Part shown: positions 9,455 to 18,624 of the stretch, in pieces
Layout of the letters: the number at the start of each line of letters is the position of its first letter
Position numbering within the stretch: the first letter of the stretch is position 1
Source of the DNA: a virus
Lineage: Duplodnaviria > Caudoviricetes
DNA: 26,148 nt
Virus record (IMG/VR): IMGVR_UViG_3300032260_000023
Coordinates: 1-26,148 of that record
Strand: one strand, 5' to 3'
Position numbers and translations under genes: made by a program
Notes under the pieces: model-generated
Databases searched by the model: none
Seen by the model: only the letters and a program-made list of their open reading frames with translations
Told to the model about the DNA's origin: nothing

Positions 9455-10525
9455 TTGGATACACAAACCGACAGCACCCAAGACAACGGGCCAGCGGGCA
9501 GCCTTAATGATGAACTGCTTGCGGCATACGATTCTTACGAAGAGACTGAGGAACAAAGCAGTGAGAGAGATATTCCCGAGCCTGATACCGTTGGTGATAC
9601 TGATAGCATTGCCGATGATAGCACTGATAGTGATAATCTCAGCAAAGATGCAGGCGAAGAGCAGGAAACCCTGGAGGCCGAAAAAGAAGTAATTTCAGAG
9701 AAGGAAGAAGGCGGTATAACGGCTCCGGAACACTGGTCAGCAACTGACAAAGCAGTATTTGATAACTCACCCCCAGAGCTGCAAGAGTGGATTCTAGCCC
9801 GTCACAAGTCGATGGAGGCTGACTACACCAGAAAAACACAAGGTATTGCAGACTTTAAAAGGGACTATGAACCGGTTCAGGCGCTTCTTGATCCATATAA
9901 ATCGACATTAGCACAGATGGGCGTAACTCCCGCTCAATACGTTGAACGCCTAGCCCAGGCAGACAGGAAGCTTTCACAAGATCCCGTTAATGGGCTAAAA
10001 GAGATTGCCCAGATGTACAATATCCCTCTTTCTCAGCTGGGCGAGAACTCATCCGGAGAGGGAGACGAATTCGCAGATCCTGAGATGCAAACACTCCGGC
10101 AGGAGCTTGCCGACTTAAAAGGATCTGTAACACAGCGCCAGCAAGCCGAATATACTGAGCGCCAAAACACCATAGTCTCAGAAATCCAACAGTTTGCGGA
10201 AGCTAAAGACGATGCAGGAGAGTTAGCTCATCCGTATTTTAACGACGTGATGGACGATATTATGATGTTAGCGCAAGCAGAAAGAACTGCTGGCCGACAA
10301 CCGGTCTTACAAGACCTTTACGACAAAGCAATCTGGAGCAACACCTCTGTACGCGAACAAATGCAGGCGGCAATAACTGCCGCTCAAGCAAAGAAAGCGA
10401 TAGATGAGGCCAGTGCCAAGGCTGCACAAGCAAAGAAGGCCAGTAAAAGCGTAAGCGGAGCCCCACATGGTTCCGCACCTTCAGCGGATCTTTCTTTGCG
10501 AGAGCAACTATCAAGTCAATTTTGA
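9455..10525 (+). CDS. capsid scaffolding protein
   Basis: Acidic disordered N-terminus, APEHWS motif, coiled coils, directly before the MCP; TTG start with GGAG RBS. Confidence 0.8.
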   Translation: MDTQTDSTQDNGPAGSLNDELLAAYDSYEETEEQSSERDIPEPDTVGDTDSIADDSTDSDNLSKDAGEEQETLEAEKEVISEKEEGGITAPEHWSATDKAVFDNSPPELQEWILARHKSMEADYTRKTQGIADFKRDYEPVQALLDPYKSTLAQMGVTPAQYVERLAQADRKLSQDPVNGLKEIAQMYNIPLSQLGENSSGEGDEFADPEMQTLRQELADLKGSVTQRQQAEYTERQNTIVSEIQQFAEAKDDAGELAHPYFNDVMDDIMMLAQAERTAGRQPVLQDLYDKAIWSNTSVREQMQAAITAAQAKKAIDEASAKAAQAKKASKSVSGAPHGSAPSADLSLREQLSSQF

Positions 10526-10541
10526 CTAAGAGAGGTACACA

Positions 10542-11510
10542 ATGGCATCGCCTAACGTATCGGAGATTGTAACTACAACTCTCCGAAATAGGAGCAAGAA
10601 GTTGGCTGATAACGTCACCAACAACAACGCTCTGTTAAATCGCCTGAAAAAGAAGGGGAATAACCGTCCTTTTTCTGGCGGTCAGAATATCATGCAAGAG
10701 CTGGAATATGCCGAGAACGCGACTTATAAGCGTTACTCTGGTTATGAAACGCTTGATATAAGCCCATCTGATGTATTCAGTGCTGCAGAGTTCAACATTA
10801 AACAGGCAGCTGTAGCGGTCACTATTTCGGGCCTCGAACAGCTCCAAAACAGCGGCAAAGAGCAGATGATTGATCTGCTTGAAAGCCGCATTAAGAACGC
10901 AGAGCGCACCATGATGAATAACATATCAACTGATATCTATTCAGATGGTACTGCCGATAGCTCCAAGCAGATTGGCGGCTTACAGCTTCTGGTTGCAGAT
11001 GCTCCGGCAACTGGAACGGTGGGCGGTATTAACCGGGCAAACTTTGCGTTCTGGAGGAATCAAAATTATGATTTCTCTGATGAGTCAGTAACGCCCAGCT
11101 CTAGCACAATTCAAACCGCAATGAACACCTTGTGGTTAAACTGTGTTCGTAATAACGACAAGCCAGACCTTATCGTAGCGGATAATACTTATTTTCGTTA
11201 CTACTGGGAGTCACTTCAGGCTAATCAGCGTTTTACGTCTGAAGATATGGCTGCGGCTGGTTTCGACTCACTTAAGTTTATGAGTGCTGATGTGGTCTTT
11301 GATGGTGGTCAGGATGGTTCCGCCCCGTCATCTCACATGTATTTCCTTAACACGGATTACATCCACTTTCGGCCTCATCGTGATCGGGATTTCACTCCAC
11401 TAGATCCAGACCGCTTTGCAACCAATCAGGATGCAATGGTTAAGTTGATTGGGTGGGCCGGTAATATGACCCTTAGCAATGCGTCCCTCCAGGGCGTTAT
11501 TGTAGCCTAG
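10542..11510 (+). CDS. major capsid protein (HK97 fold)
   Basis: Recognised MCP-family N-terminus (SEIVTTTLRNRSKKLADNVTNNNALL) and C-terminus (GNMTLSNASLQG); position; GAGGT RBS. Confidence 0.9.
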   Translation: MASPNVSEIVTTTLRNRSKKLADNVTNNNALLNRLKKKGNNRPFSGGQNIMQELEYAENATYKRYSGYETLDISPSDVFSAAEFNIKQAAVAVTISGLEQLQNSGKEQMIDLLESRIKNAERTMMNNISTDIYSDGTADSSKQIGGLQLLVADAPATGTVGGINRANFAFWRNQNYDFSDESVTPSSSTIQTAMNTLWLNCVRNNDKPDLIVADNTYFRYYWESLQANQRFTSEDMAAAGFDSLKFMSADVVFDGGQDGSAPSSHMYFLNTDYIHFRPHRDRDFTPLDPDRFATNQDAMVKLIGWAGNMTLSNASLQGVIVA

Positions 11511-11523
11511 AGGAGGTGATCTA

Positions 11524-12042
11524 ATGGCTTTTACACCAACTAATAGCAACGCTAAGCATGCTGCTGATGGTTGTCTGGGTGTCGATCTTGATGGCACCAT
11601 TGCAGGCACCGGAACCAGTAATGACGAAGGCGGCGCTTTCCGTTTGGGCAAATGTGTAACAACCACAGAGGGTGGTAAATACATGTATGTCCATGCCAGT
11701 GCAGCAATCGCTCAGTATGATGCTGTCGGTATTGATGAAAACTTTGAAGCCGCGCCCTTAACCAAGGCAATGGCTGATGATGGCTGGATGGTTGGATTTG
11801 CGCAGGTAGCTCTTGCAGATAACGATTTTGGCTGGGTTGCCAGCCAGGGCTCCGATATTGGGTGCAATCTTTTGATTAGCTGTGCTGCTGATGTGGCTTT
11901 GTACACTTCTGCCACCGCAGGATCATTGGATGATGCGTCTACCAGTCAGACGAAGATTGATGGCGTGGTTGCAGTGACAACGATTACAGCAGCTACATCT
12001 GCTGAAATCATCGCAACTTACCCTAAATCTACAACCTTCTAG
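11524..12042 (+). CDS. putative capsid decoration/cement protein
   Basis: Small Ala/Gly-rich beta protein directly after MCP, with GKYMYV and FGWV motifs; strong RBS GAGGAGGTG. Confidence 0.65.
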   Translation: MAFTPTNSNAKHAADGCLGVDLDGTIAGTGTSNDEGGAFRLGKCVTTTEGGKYMYVHASAAIAQYDAVGIDENFEAAPLTKAMADDGWMVGFAQVALADNDFGWVASQGSDIGCNLLISCAADVALYTSATAGSLDDASTSQTKIDGVVAVTTITAATSAEIIATYPKSTTF

Positions 12043-12049
12043 GAGGTAC

Positions 12050-12072
12050 GCCCCGGCTTCGGTCGGGGCTTT
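12050..12072 (+). terminator. cUUCGg-capped hairpin (weak terminator and/or structured RBS)
   Basis: GCCCCGGC-TTCG-GTCGGGGC followed by only TTT, after the capsid genes. Confidence 0.6.
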
Positions 12073-12075
12073 AAC

Positions 12076-12888
12076 ATGGTTCCATTCTTACCAAAAGACC
12101 AGACAAGCGAAGAGACAATTAAAATCCGCATGGATAACGTGCGCGCTAATTGTCAGCTAGATTTGCCATGGTTTGAGCCTTCAGATGTCAGGAGGAGAGT
12201 AGTTGCTGCTTGTCCGGGCCCATCTTTGAAGGACAATCAAGGAAAGATGAGGAAAATGATAAAGGGCGCTGAGCTGTGGGCTGTAAATGGGGCTTATGGC
12301 TGGTTGCTTGATCGTGGTTTGATTCCTGATGTGATGGTTTTATGTGATGCTAAGCCAAACATGTTGGAGTTTATTAAAAAAACACATGATAAAACGGTTT
12401 TCTACATTGCTTCACAGTGTCATCCGGATGTTTTTAAGGCGCTAGAAGGTAAAAAGGTTTATTTATGGCATGCTTATTTAGATGGTATAGAAGATTACCT
12501 GAAAGATGAACAAGAAAGACCTTGCTCTGTCATACACGGAGGCGGCACTGTAGGCCTAAAAGCCATGTATCTTGCATACCTGAGAGGAAGCAGGCAGATA
12601 GATTATTATGGTTTAGATGGATCTATTGCTAATGGGGATCTGCATGTTAATGGGGCTGAATATATACCAGATAGAGAGCAATGCTACAGCAGAACATATG
12701 ATGTTGTATGCGCAGGCAGAGAGTTTAAGATAGCAGAAGGTTATGCATCACAAGCCCCTAATTTTGTTTCACAAATAGAGTTAATCCCTGATTGCAAAGT
12801 TAGGGCGCATGGGGATGGTTTAATCCCTCACATTTCTAAAATACTACAGGCTCAGCTAAGGCAGCCTACAGGAGTCAGTCATGGGTGA
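12076..12888 (+). CDS. DUF115/Maf (MptE-like) domain protein, putative glycosyltransferase-like enzyme
   Basis: CPGPSL, WAVNGAY, GLIPDVMVLCD, GGTVGLKAMYLAYLRG and YGLDGS motifs typical of this family. Confidence 0.7.
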   Translation: MVPFLPKDQTSEETIKIRMDNVRANCQLDLPWFEPSDVRRRVVAACPGPSLKDNQGKMRKMIKGAELWAVNGAYGWLLDRGLIPDVMVLCDAKPNMLEFIKKTHDKTVFYIASQCHPDVFKALEGKKVYLWHAYLDGIEDYLKDEQERPCSVIHGGGTVGLKAMYLAYLRGSRQIDYYGLDGSIANGDLHVNGAEYIPDREQCYSRTYDVVCAGREFKIAEGYASQAPNFVSQIELIPDCKVRAHGDGLIPHISKILQAQLRQPTGVSHG

Positions 12889-13495
12889 TACCGGCATTTT
12901 CCCACAGTTTTCCCTTAAATCAGTACAACATAAAGCCTCAAGCGAGAAAGAGGGAAGGCCTATCTTTAGAGATGTCGAATGGTTGGATATCCATATCGCT
13001 GGAGACAAAAACACGCAGGTTTCGCGCAAGGTAACTGACTTTGATAAACAGCGGTTTTCTGCGGAATATAATGCCTTCAAGCGAGGACAGGAGGCACCAG
13101 TAGAGGGAACTCCATTGCAAGAGTGGGCTTTATTGAGGCCTGCGCAGGTTTCTGAATTACTGGCGATGAGGTTTCGGTCAGTGGAGGATGTTGCTGGCAT
13201 GCCTGATACTGCGGTGCAGAAGATTGGAATGGGCGGGAGAGAGCTGAAGAAAAAAGCGCAAGCATGGCTAGATAGCGCCTCAAATGGTGCGGTTAGTCAA
13301 AAATTGGTCGCTGAAAACGAGCGGCAAGCCAGCGAGATAGGCATGCTTAAAGAGCAGCTTCAAGCCATGAACGCTACGATAGATGAGCTTAAGGCTTCAT
13401 TAGAGGATAAGCCTAAACCAAAGCGCAAGCGGCGCACAAAAGAACAGATCGCGGCAGATGAGGCGGGTGAAGTAAAGAGCTCCTTGGCAAGCTGA
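12881..13495 (+). CDS. conserved hypothetical phage head-region protein
   Basis: GTPLQEW...SVEDVA motif, C-terminal coiled coil and basic tail; GGAG RBS. Confidence 0.75.
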   Translation: MGDTGIFPQFSLKSVQHKASSEKEGRPIFRDVEWLDIHIAGDKNTQVSRKVTDFDKQRFSAEYNAFKRGQEAPVEGTPLQEWALLRPAQVSELLAMRFRSVEDVAGMPDTAVQKIGMGGRELKKKAQAWLDSASNGAVSQKLVAENERQASEIGMLKEQLQAMNATIDELKASLEDKPKPKRKRRTKEQIAADEAGEVKSSLAS

Positions 13496-13506
13496 TGGGG
13501 GACTAA

Positions 13507-14226
13507 ATGACTCTTCTAACGATATGCAGTAATGTAGCCAAAGAGATTCCTGTTGAAAGTCCGGTTACAATTTACGGCTCTTCAAATTCTACAGCTAAGC
13601 TTTTGCTAGCTTGCGCTCAGAAAGAGGGCCGTGTTTTAGCGAAAGAGTTTAACTGGCTTACTTTGGTTAAAGAGTACACCTTTACAACAGCAAATGGCAC
13701 GGCTGATTATGGTCTGCCAAGTGATTTTAGTCGGCTGGAAAACCAAACTATCTGGGATAGAACCAATTATTGGGAGATGAGAGGCCCAATATCACCACAG
13801 CAATGGCAGGAATATAAATCCTCTGTACTTGGTGACACTGTTACAGTCAGAAAACGGTATCGTATACGCGATGTTTCAGGAACAGTTAAGTTTTCCATAG
13901 ATCCAACCCCAGATAGCGCCGACGATTTAGTATTTGAATATGTATCTAATGCTTGGTGTGAGTCATCAGGTGGAACAGGCCAAACAGCCTGGGGCGCTGA
14001 TGACGATGTAGGGGTTATCGATGAGTACTTAATAGAGCTAGGTGTTTTGTGGCGAATGCTGAAGCGTCTTGGGATGGAATATGCAGACGAAAGGCAAGAG
14101 TATGAAAATCAGGTAAGAATAGCCAAGGCGCAAGACGGTGGAGCACCTGTGCTAAATTTAGCCGCAAGGCGACAAACCACACTGATCGGGCCGTGGAACG
14201 TGCCTGATACTGGGTTCGGCAGCTAA
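13507..14226 (+). CDS. head-tail adaptor (tail tubular protein A / P22 gp4-like role)
   Basis: MTLLTIC start, YGLPSDF motif, size and position before the nozzle gene. Confidence 0.75.
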   Translation: MTLLTICSNVAKEIPVESPVTIYGSSNSTAKLLLACAQKEGRVLAKEFNWLTLVKEYTFTTANGTADYGLPSDFSRLENQTIWDRTNYWEMRGPISPQQWQEYKSSVLGDTVTVRKRYRIRDVSGTVKFSIDPTPDSADDLVFEYVSNAWCESSGGTGQTAWGADDDVGVIDEYLIELGVLWRMLKRLGMEYADERQEYENQVRIAKAQDGGAPVLNLAARRQTTLIGPWNVPDTGFGS

Positions 14227-15701
14227 TGCCTTCTAGGCCTTTATCGGTTCCGTCACCATTCGGAGGGTGGAACACCCGTGATGCACTGGACGGAATGTCA
14301 CCTACAGATGCGGTGAAACTTGATAATTGGATACCGGGAATCAATAAAGTTTATACGCGAGATGGATACGCCTCTCATTCGACAGGAGTGGGAGCAGGAG
14401 CCGTGCAAACACTCGCAGAGTACCATTCAGGGGCCACAAGGAAGCTGCTAGCTTGTGGTGGTGGGGCGATTTATGACTCGACTTCTTCGGGGGCTGCAAC
14501 ATCTAAGGCCAGCGGATTTACTAACAATATTTGGTCTACCGCTAATTTTAGCGGGAAACTGTTTTTATTTAATGGCGATGATGCGCCGCAAGAATATGAT
14601 GGGTCAACAGTTTCTGCCTCAAGCTGGAGTGGATCCGGTTTAACGCCAGCTGATTTAGATGGCGTTAATGTGTTTAAAAACCGGCTTTTTATGTGGAATA
14701 GTGAAACGCAAGATTTTTGGTACGCTACAATAGATGCTGTTTCTGGCGCACTGACAAAGTTCCCCCTTTCTAGGATTACAGGTTTTGGTGGGAACTTGGT
14801 TGCGATGACAACCTGGACGATAGATAGTGGAACAGGCGTAGATGACTTAGCTGTGTTTATTATGTCTTCAGGGAATGTAGTTGTGTATGCAGGGACTGAT
14901 CCAGGCGACGCGGATGCGTGGGCTATTCAGGGCATTTATAATATTGGTCAGCCTTTAGATAAAAGGGCGGTTGTTAGAATAGGGGGTGATTTATTAATTG
15001 CCACTACAGACGACTATTCTTCTTTGACAAGTGTTTTAAGAAAGGGACACCTTGGGGGGTCTTCTAAGCTATCAGGGGCCGTTCAATCATCCGCCAGCGC
15101 AAATAAGGATGGTGCTGGATGGCAGGGCATACTATCCCCAAAGCATAGCCTGGTGCTGTTTAATGTCCCTAACTCAGATGGGAGCTTTGATCAGCACGTC
15201 ATAAACACCACATCGGGAGCACCATGTAGATTTAAGGATATCCCTTCTAATTGCTGGAGCCTGTATAGCGACGACCTTTATTTTGGCGGTGGTGGTGGCG
15301 TGGTGTATAAGTACACGGGAGACAATGACAACAGCTCTTCAATAGAGGCCGATGCCATACAGGCCTGGTCTATGATGGGCAGCCCAACCCGCAAGAGAGT
15401 GGCAGCCATTCGCCACATTATAGAAAGCACCTCCACCTCTCTATCTTATGAGGTAGGGATAGGGTTTGACTTTCAGCAAATATCAACTCCATCGCCATCT
15501 GTGACGACTGGATCATCTTCGCCTTGGGACACCTCTCCCTGGGATGTTACCCCCTGGGGAGCTGATTCGATTATTAACACCGACTGGAAGGTGGCTGGCG
15601 GTACTGGCCAGAGCATAGCCGCGAGAGTAAGGGTAAACACCAAAGCCCCGGCCTCATGGTTGAGAACTGACTACAGGCTAGAGGCAGGAGTAAACCTGTG
15701 A
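14226..15701 (+). CDS. tail nozzle / head-closure protein (P22 gp10 / T7 gp12-like role)
   Basis: SPFGGWNTRD start, beta-propeller-like repeats (FKNRLF, LFLFNG), C-terminal PWDTSPWD motif. Confidence 0.8.
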   Translation: MPSRPLSVPSPFGGWNTRDALDGMSPTDAVKLDNWIPGINKVYTRDGYASHSTGVGAGAVQTLAEYHSGATRKLLACGGGAIYDSTSSGAATSKASGFTNNIWSTANFSGKLFLFNGDDAPQEYDGSTVSASSWSGSGLTPADLDGVNVFKNRLFMWNSETQDFWYATIDAVSGALTKFPLSRITGFGGNLVAMTTWTIDSGTGVDDLAVFIMSSGNVVVYAGTDPGDADAWAIQGIYNIGQPLDKRAVVRIGGDLLIATTDDYSSLTSVLRKGHLGGSSKLSGAVQSSASANKDGAGWQGILSPKHSLVLFNVPNSDGSFDQHVINTTSGAPCRFKDIPSNCWSLYSDDLYFGGGGGVVYKYTGDNDNSSSIEADAIQAWSMMGSPTRKRVAAIRHIIESTSTSLSYEVGIGFDFQQISTPSPSVTTGSSSPWDTSPWDVTPWGADSIINTDWKVAGGTGQSIAARVRVNTKAPASWLRTDYRLEAGVNL

Positions 15702-16150
15702 TTTTATACGGCCATGATGCTGAGATTGCAGAATGGGTTGGGAGTGAGCTGGAGTGTTATTTCGAGCCAGCAGCAAAAGCTATAGGACTAGTGCTGAAAG
15801 GAAGAATAATCGCTGGCGTGGTCTATCATACCTATAGGCCAGGGTATAATATAGAGATGTCGATAGCATCAATTACGCCAAGATGGGCAAACGAAAACAG
15901 TTTAAGGGCTTTTTTCACTTATCCGTTTATACAATTAAATTTGCCGCGAGTTACGGCGGTTACTTCGAATAAAGCAACGTCAGTGCAAAAGTTTCTTGAG
16001 CGCCTTGGGTTTATCAAAGAAGGCATGATGAGAGAAGCGCACCCAGACGGTGATGCTCTTATTTATGGGTTGTTACGAAAAGACTGTAAATACATAGAGG
16101 AATTACCAGATGGGCAAAAAAAGCTCACCATCACCACCGCCGCCGCCTGA
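15698..16150 (+). CDS. GNAT-family acetyltransferase
   Basis: NKATSVQKFLERLGFIKEGMMRE (RimJ/RimL-type motif B); usual podovirus position between nozzle and ejection genes. Confidence 0.85.
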   Translation: MILYGHDAEIAEWVGSELECYFEPAAKAIGLVLKGRIIAGVVYHTYRPGYNIEMSIASITPRWANENSLRAFFTYPFIQLNLPRVTAVTSNKATSVQKFLERLGFIKEGMMREAHPDGDALIYGLLRKDCKYIEELPDGQKKLTITTAAA

Positions 16151-17447
16151 TCCTAAAGAGACAGCGGCAGCCCAGGCGGCAGCCAATAAAGAGGCTATAT
16201 TAACCTCGGCAGCAGTTAACAGGGTTGGCGAGTTAACTCCCTATGGTTCTACTCGGTGGGAAATTGACCCCACTGGGCCTGGTGCAGATAGAATGGCGGG
16301 CTATGAAAGGGATCTAGCAGACTGGCAGAAAGAAGTTGACGCAATAAATGCATACAACGCTAATTTGCCTGCTACCTCTACCCGTAAATGGGTTGGAACT
16401 CAAGGCGCTGATGCTCCAGGCAGAGAAGGCCGATGGGAGAACATCCAGGGTGTAGCGTCACCTCGCGATATACCTGAGCGCCCAGAAGAGCCCACCGTTG
16501 AAGAGGGTTGGCGACGGGTAATGGAGTTAACTCCAGAGGGGCAGGCTCAATTCGAGCAGCAGCAACAGCTTGCTTCTATGTTGGGCGGAAGCGCGATTGA
16601 AAGAGCAGAAGGTATACCAAGTGATCCTTTTCAGCTGCCAGGTGCAAGGCCTGAGCTTCAGGATGTTTCAGACGTAGAGCGGCGACAGTTTGATCGCGCA
16701 ATGGAGCTAATGAGGCCAGAGCTCGAAAAGCAAGAACGCAGGATGGAGACAGGCCTGAGTCAGAGGGGTATTCCCATTGGTGGTGAAGCCTGGGCGGACG
16801 TAACCGGACGATTTGGAAAAACCCGGGATGAAATGATGCGCGGTGCGGCATTTGATGCAATGAGAGCAGGTCAAACCGAGCAAGGGCGAAGATACGGCCT
16901 TGAAAGAGGTGCCTATCAGGATTTGATGAGTGATACCTTGCTTGAAAGACAGCAGCCAATGAATGAATTGGCGGCCATTCTTCAAGGATCACCGGCTTTG
17001 CAAACGCCACAATTCAGCCCACAAGCGCAATACCAAGCGGCTCCAGCGGACATAATGGGTGCTACTCAAATGCAGCAATCGGCATTGGGTCAGCAGTATC
17101 AACAGCAGGCACAGGAAGCGGCAGGAGCAAGGCAGGGAACGGCACAACTTGCCGGGACGGCTCTCATGGCGTTAGCTATGTTCTGCCACCCGTCCTTTAA
17201 AGAGAACAAGCGCCCTGTCTCTGAAATTCTGCCTAGAATGAAGATTCTTAGAGTTGAGGCATGGGATTATAAAAAAGGTGTTTGTGATGAGGATACACAC
17301 ATAGGCCCGTATGCTGATCAGTTTCAAAACCTGTTCGGGGTGGGTGATGGTGTGACGATTAACTACATTGATGCAATGGGTGTTTGCATGCTGGCGATTA
17401 AAGAATTGATTGATCGTGTTGAGTACCTGGAGTCAGAAAATGGCTAA
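16110..17447 (+). CDS. internal virion/ejection protein with C-terminal peptidase S74-like (intramolecular chaperone) domain
   Basis: MGKKSSPSPPPPPDP start, Q/A-rich body; C-terminal FKENK...WDYK...HIGPYA...INY...AIKEL pattern. Confidence 0.75.
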   Translation: MGKKSSPSPPPPPDPKETAAAQAAANKEAILTSAAVNRVGELTPYGSTRWEIDPTGPGADRMAGYERDLADWQKEVDAINAYNANLPATSTRKWVGTQGADAPGREGRWENIQGVASPRDIPERPEEPTVEEGWRRVMELTPEGQAQFEQQQQLASMLGGSAIERAEGIPSDPFQLPGARPELQDVSDVERRQFDRAMELMRPELEKQERRMETGLSQRGIPIGGEAWADVTGRFGKTRDEMMRGAAFDAMRAGQTEQGRRYGLERGAYQDLMSDTLLERQQPMNELAAILQGSPALQTPQFSPQAQYQAAPADIMGATQMQQSALGQQYQQQAQEAAGARQGTAQLAGTALMALAMFCHPSFKENKRPVSEILPRMKILRVEAWDYKKGVCDEDTHIGPYADQFQNLFGVGDGVTINYIDAMGVCMLAIKELIDRVEYLESENG

Positions 17448-18624
17448 CATGTTCATACAGAAAGACCCAGGCATTGAGCGCAGGCGCAGACTTGCTGCAT
17501 CAATGATGTCACGGCCTACACCATCAAACATGACGCATTGGAGCCAGGGACTTGGGGACGTGGCGCAAAAAGCGCTCGGTGCTTACATGTCTAAACAAGC
17601 TGATACAGAGGCAGAAGAGCGGCAATCAGCCCTTGGTGAAACTATGCAGCAAGCAGCTACTGCTGAGCCGTGGATAGACCCAGACACCCAGAAGCCAGAA
17701 GCCACTAAAATAGAGCAGATGGCGCGTGTGTTGGCACAAAATCCTGATACTGCTCCAATGGCCATGCAGATGAGAATGCAGGATGCGCAATCAAAGGATA
17801 AAAAAACCCAGGCTTTAGAATTGGCAAGTGCAAAAGCAAAAGCAGGGGGCGGGCCAAGCTCTATCCAAGAGTGGAACGTATATAACGCAATGTCTCCAGA
17901 GGATCAGGAGCGCTTCTTAACTATGAAACGTGCTAATCGCTTGTATGATGTAGGCGGTGAATTTAGGGGAATGACCCAGACCACACAGGAGCCTACTGTA
18001 TCACTTGAAAAGACCCTAAAGCCTGGAGAGCGCCCAGAAGTAAGAGGACAGCAAGCGGCAGCTAAAACAGCAGCCACTCAGTTTGAAACCGCTAAAGGAA
18101 AGTGGCGCGCGTCTGAAACTAAACTATTAAGTACTCTTAAGTCATCGAAAGCCCGTCAAGAAGTATTGGATACAACCATTGAAAAGGCGAAAACATTACT
18201 TAGCAAGTGGACAACCTCCTATGGAGGCATGCTGGCCAATGTTCCGGCCACGGAGTCAAAGCGCCTTAGTAATCTGCTTGATACGATCAAGGCCAATGTG
18301 GGGTTTTCCGAGCTTCAGTCTTTGCGTGATAACTCCCCAACAGGCGGTGCCTTAGGTCAGGTTTCAGAGATGGAAAACAGGCTTTTGCAGTCTGTTCTAG
18401 GCTCTTTGGATCAGGTTGGCGATATGGGCGATTTAGCTGCAACACTGGATACTGTAAGCACACAAAGGCTTTCTGCTATTCAGAGGATGGAGGAGGCCTA
18501 CAACATGGATAAGGGTACTTACGGAACGAGAATTAAGATGCTAAAGCCAGGAGAAGATACTGGAGAGCCTTCTGATGTGGGCGAAATGTCGGATGAAGAG
18601 CTAATGAAATCACTGGGACTATAA
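17440..18624 (+). CDS. putative DNA ejection (internal virion) protein
   Basis: Helical A/Q/K-rich protein with GGALGQVSEME motif; GGAG RBS before ATG at 17440. Confidence 0.7.
   Translation: MANMFIQKDPGIERRRRLAASMMSRPTPSNMTHWSQGLGDVAQKALGAYMSKQADTEAEERQSALGETMQQAATAEPWIDPDTQKPEATKIEQMARVLAQNPDTAPMAMQMRMQDAQSKDKKTQALELASAKAKAGGGPSSIQEWNVYNAMSPEDQERFLTMKRANRLYDVGGEFRGMTQTTQEPTVSLEKTLKPGERPEVRGQQAAAKTAATQFETAKGKWRASETKLLSTLKSSKARQEVLDTTIEKAKTLLSKWTTSYGGMLANVPATESKRLSNLLDTIKANVGFSELQSLRDNSPTGGALGQVSEMENRLLQSVLGSLDQVGDMGDLAATLDTVSTQRLSAIQRMEEAYNMDKGTYGTRIKMLKPGEDTGEPSDVGEMSDEELMKSLGL

Noticed and set aside
15515-15560. Short tandem repeat encoding SSPWDTSPWDVTPWG
   Set aside because: Ordinary protein-level motif at the C-terminus of this nozzle protein family, not a DNA element.
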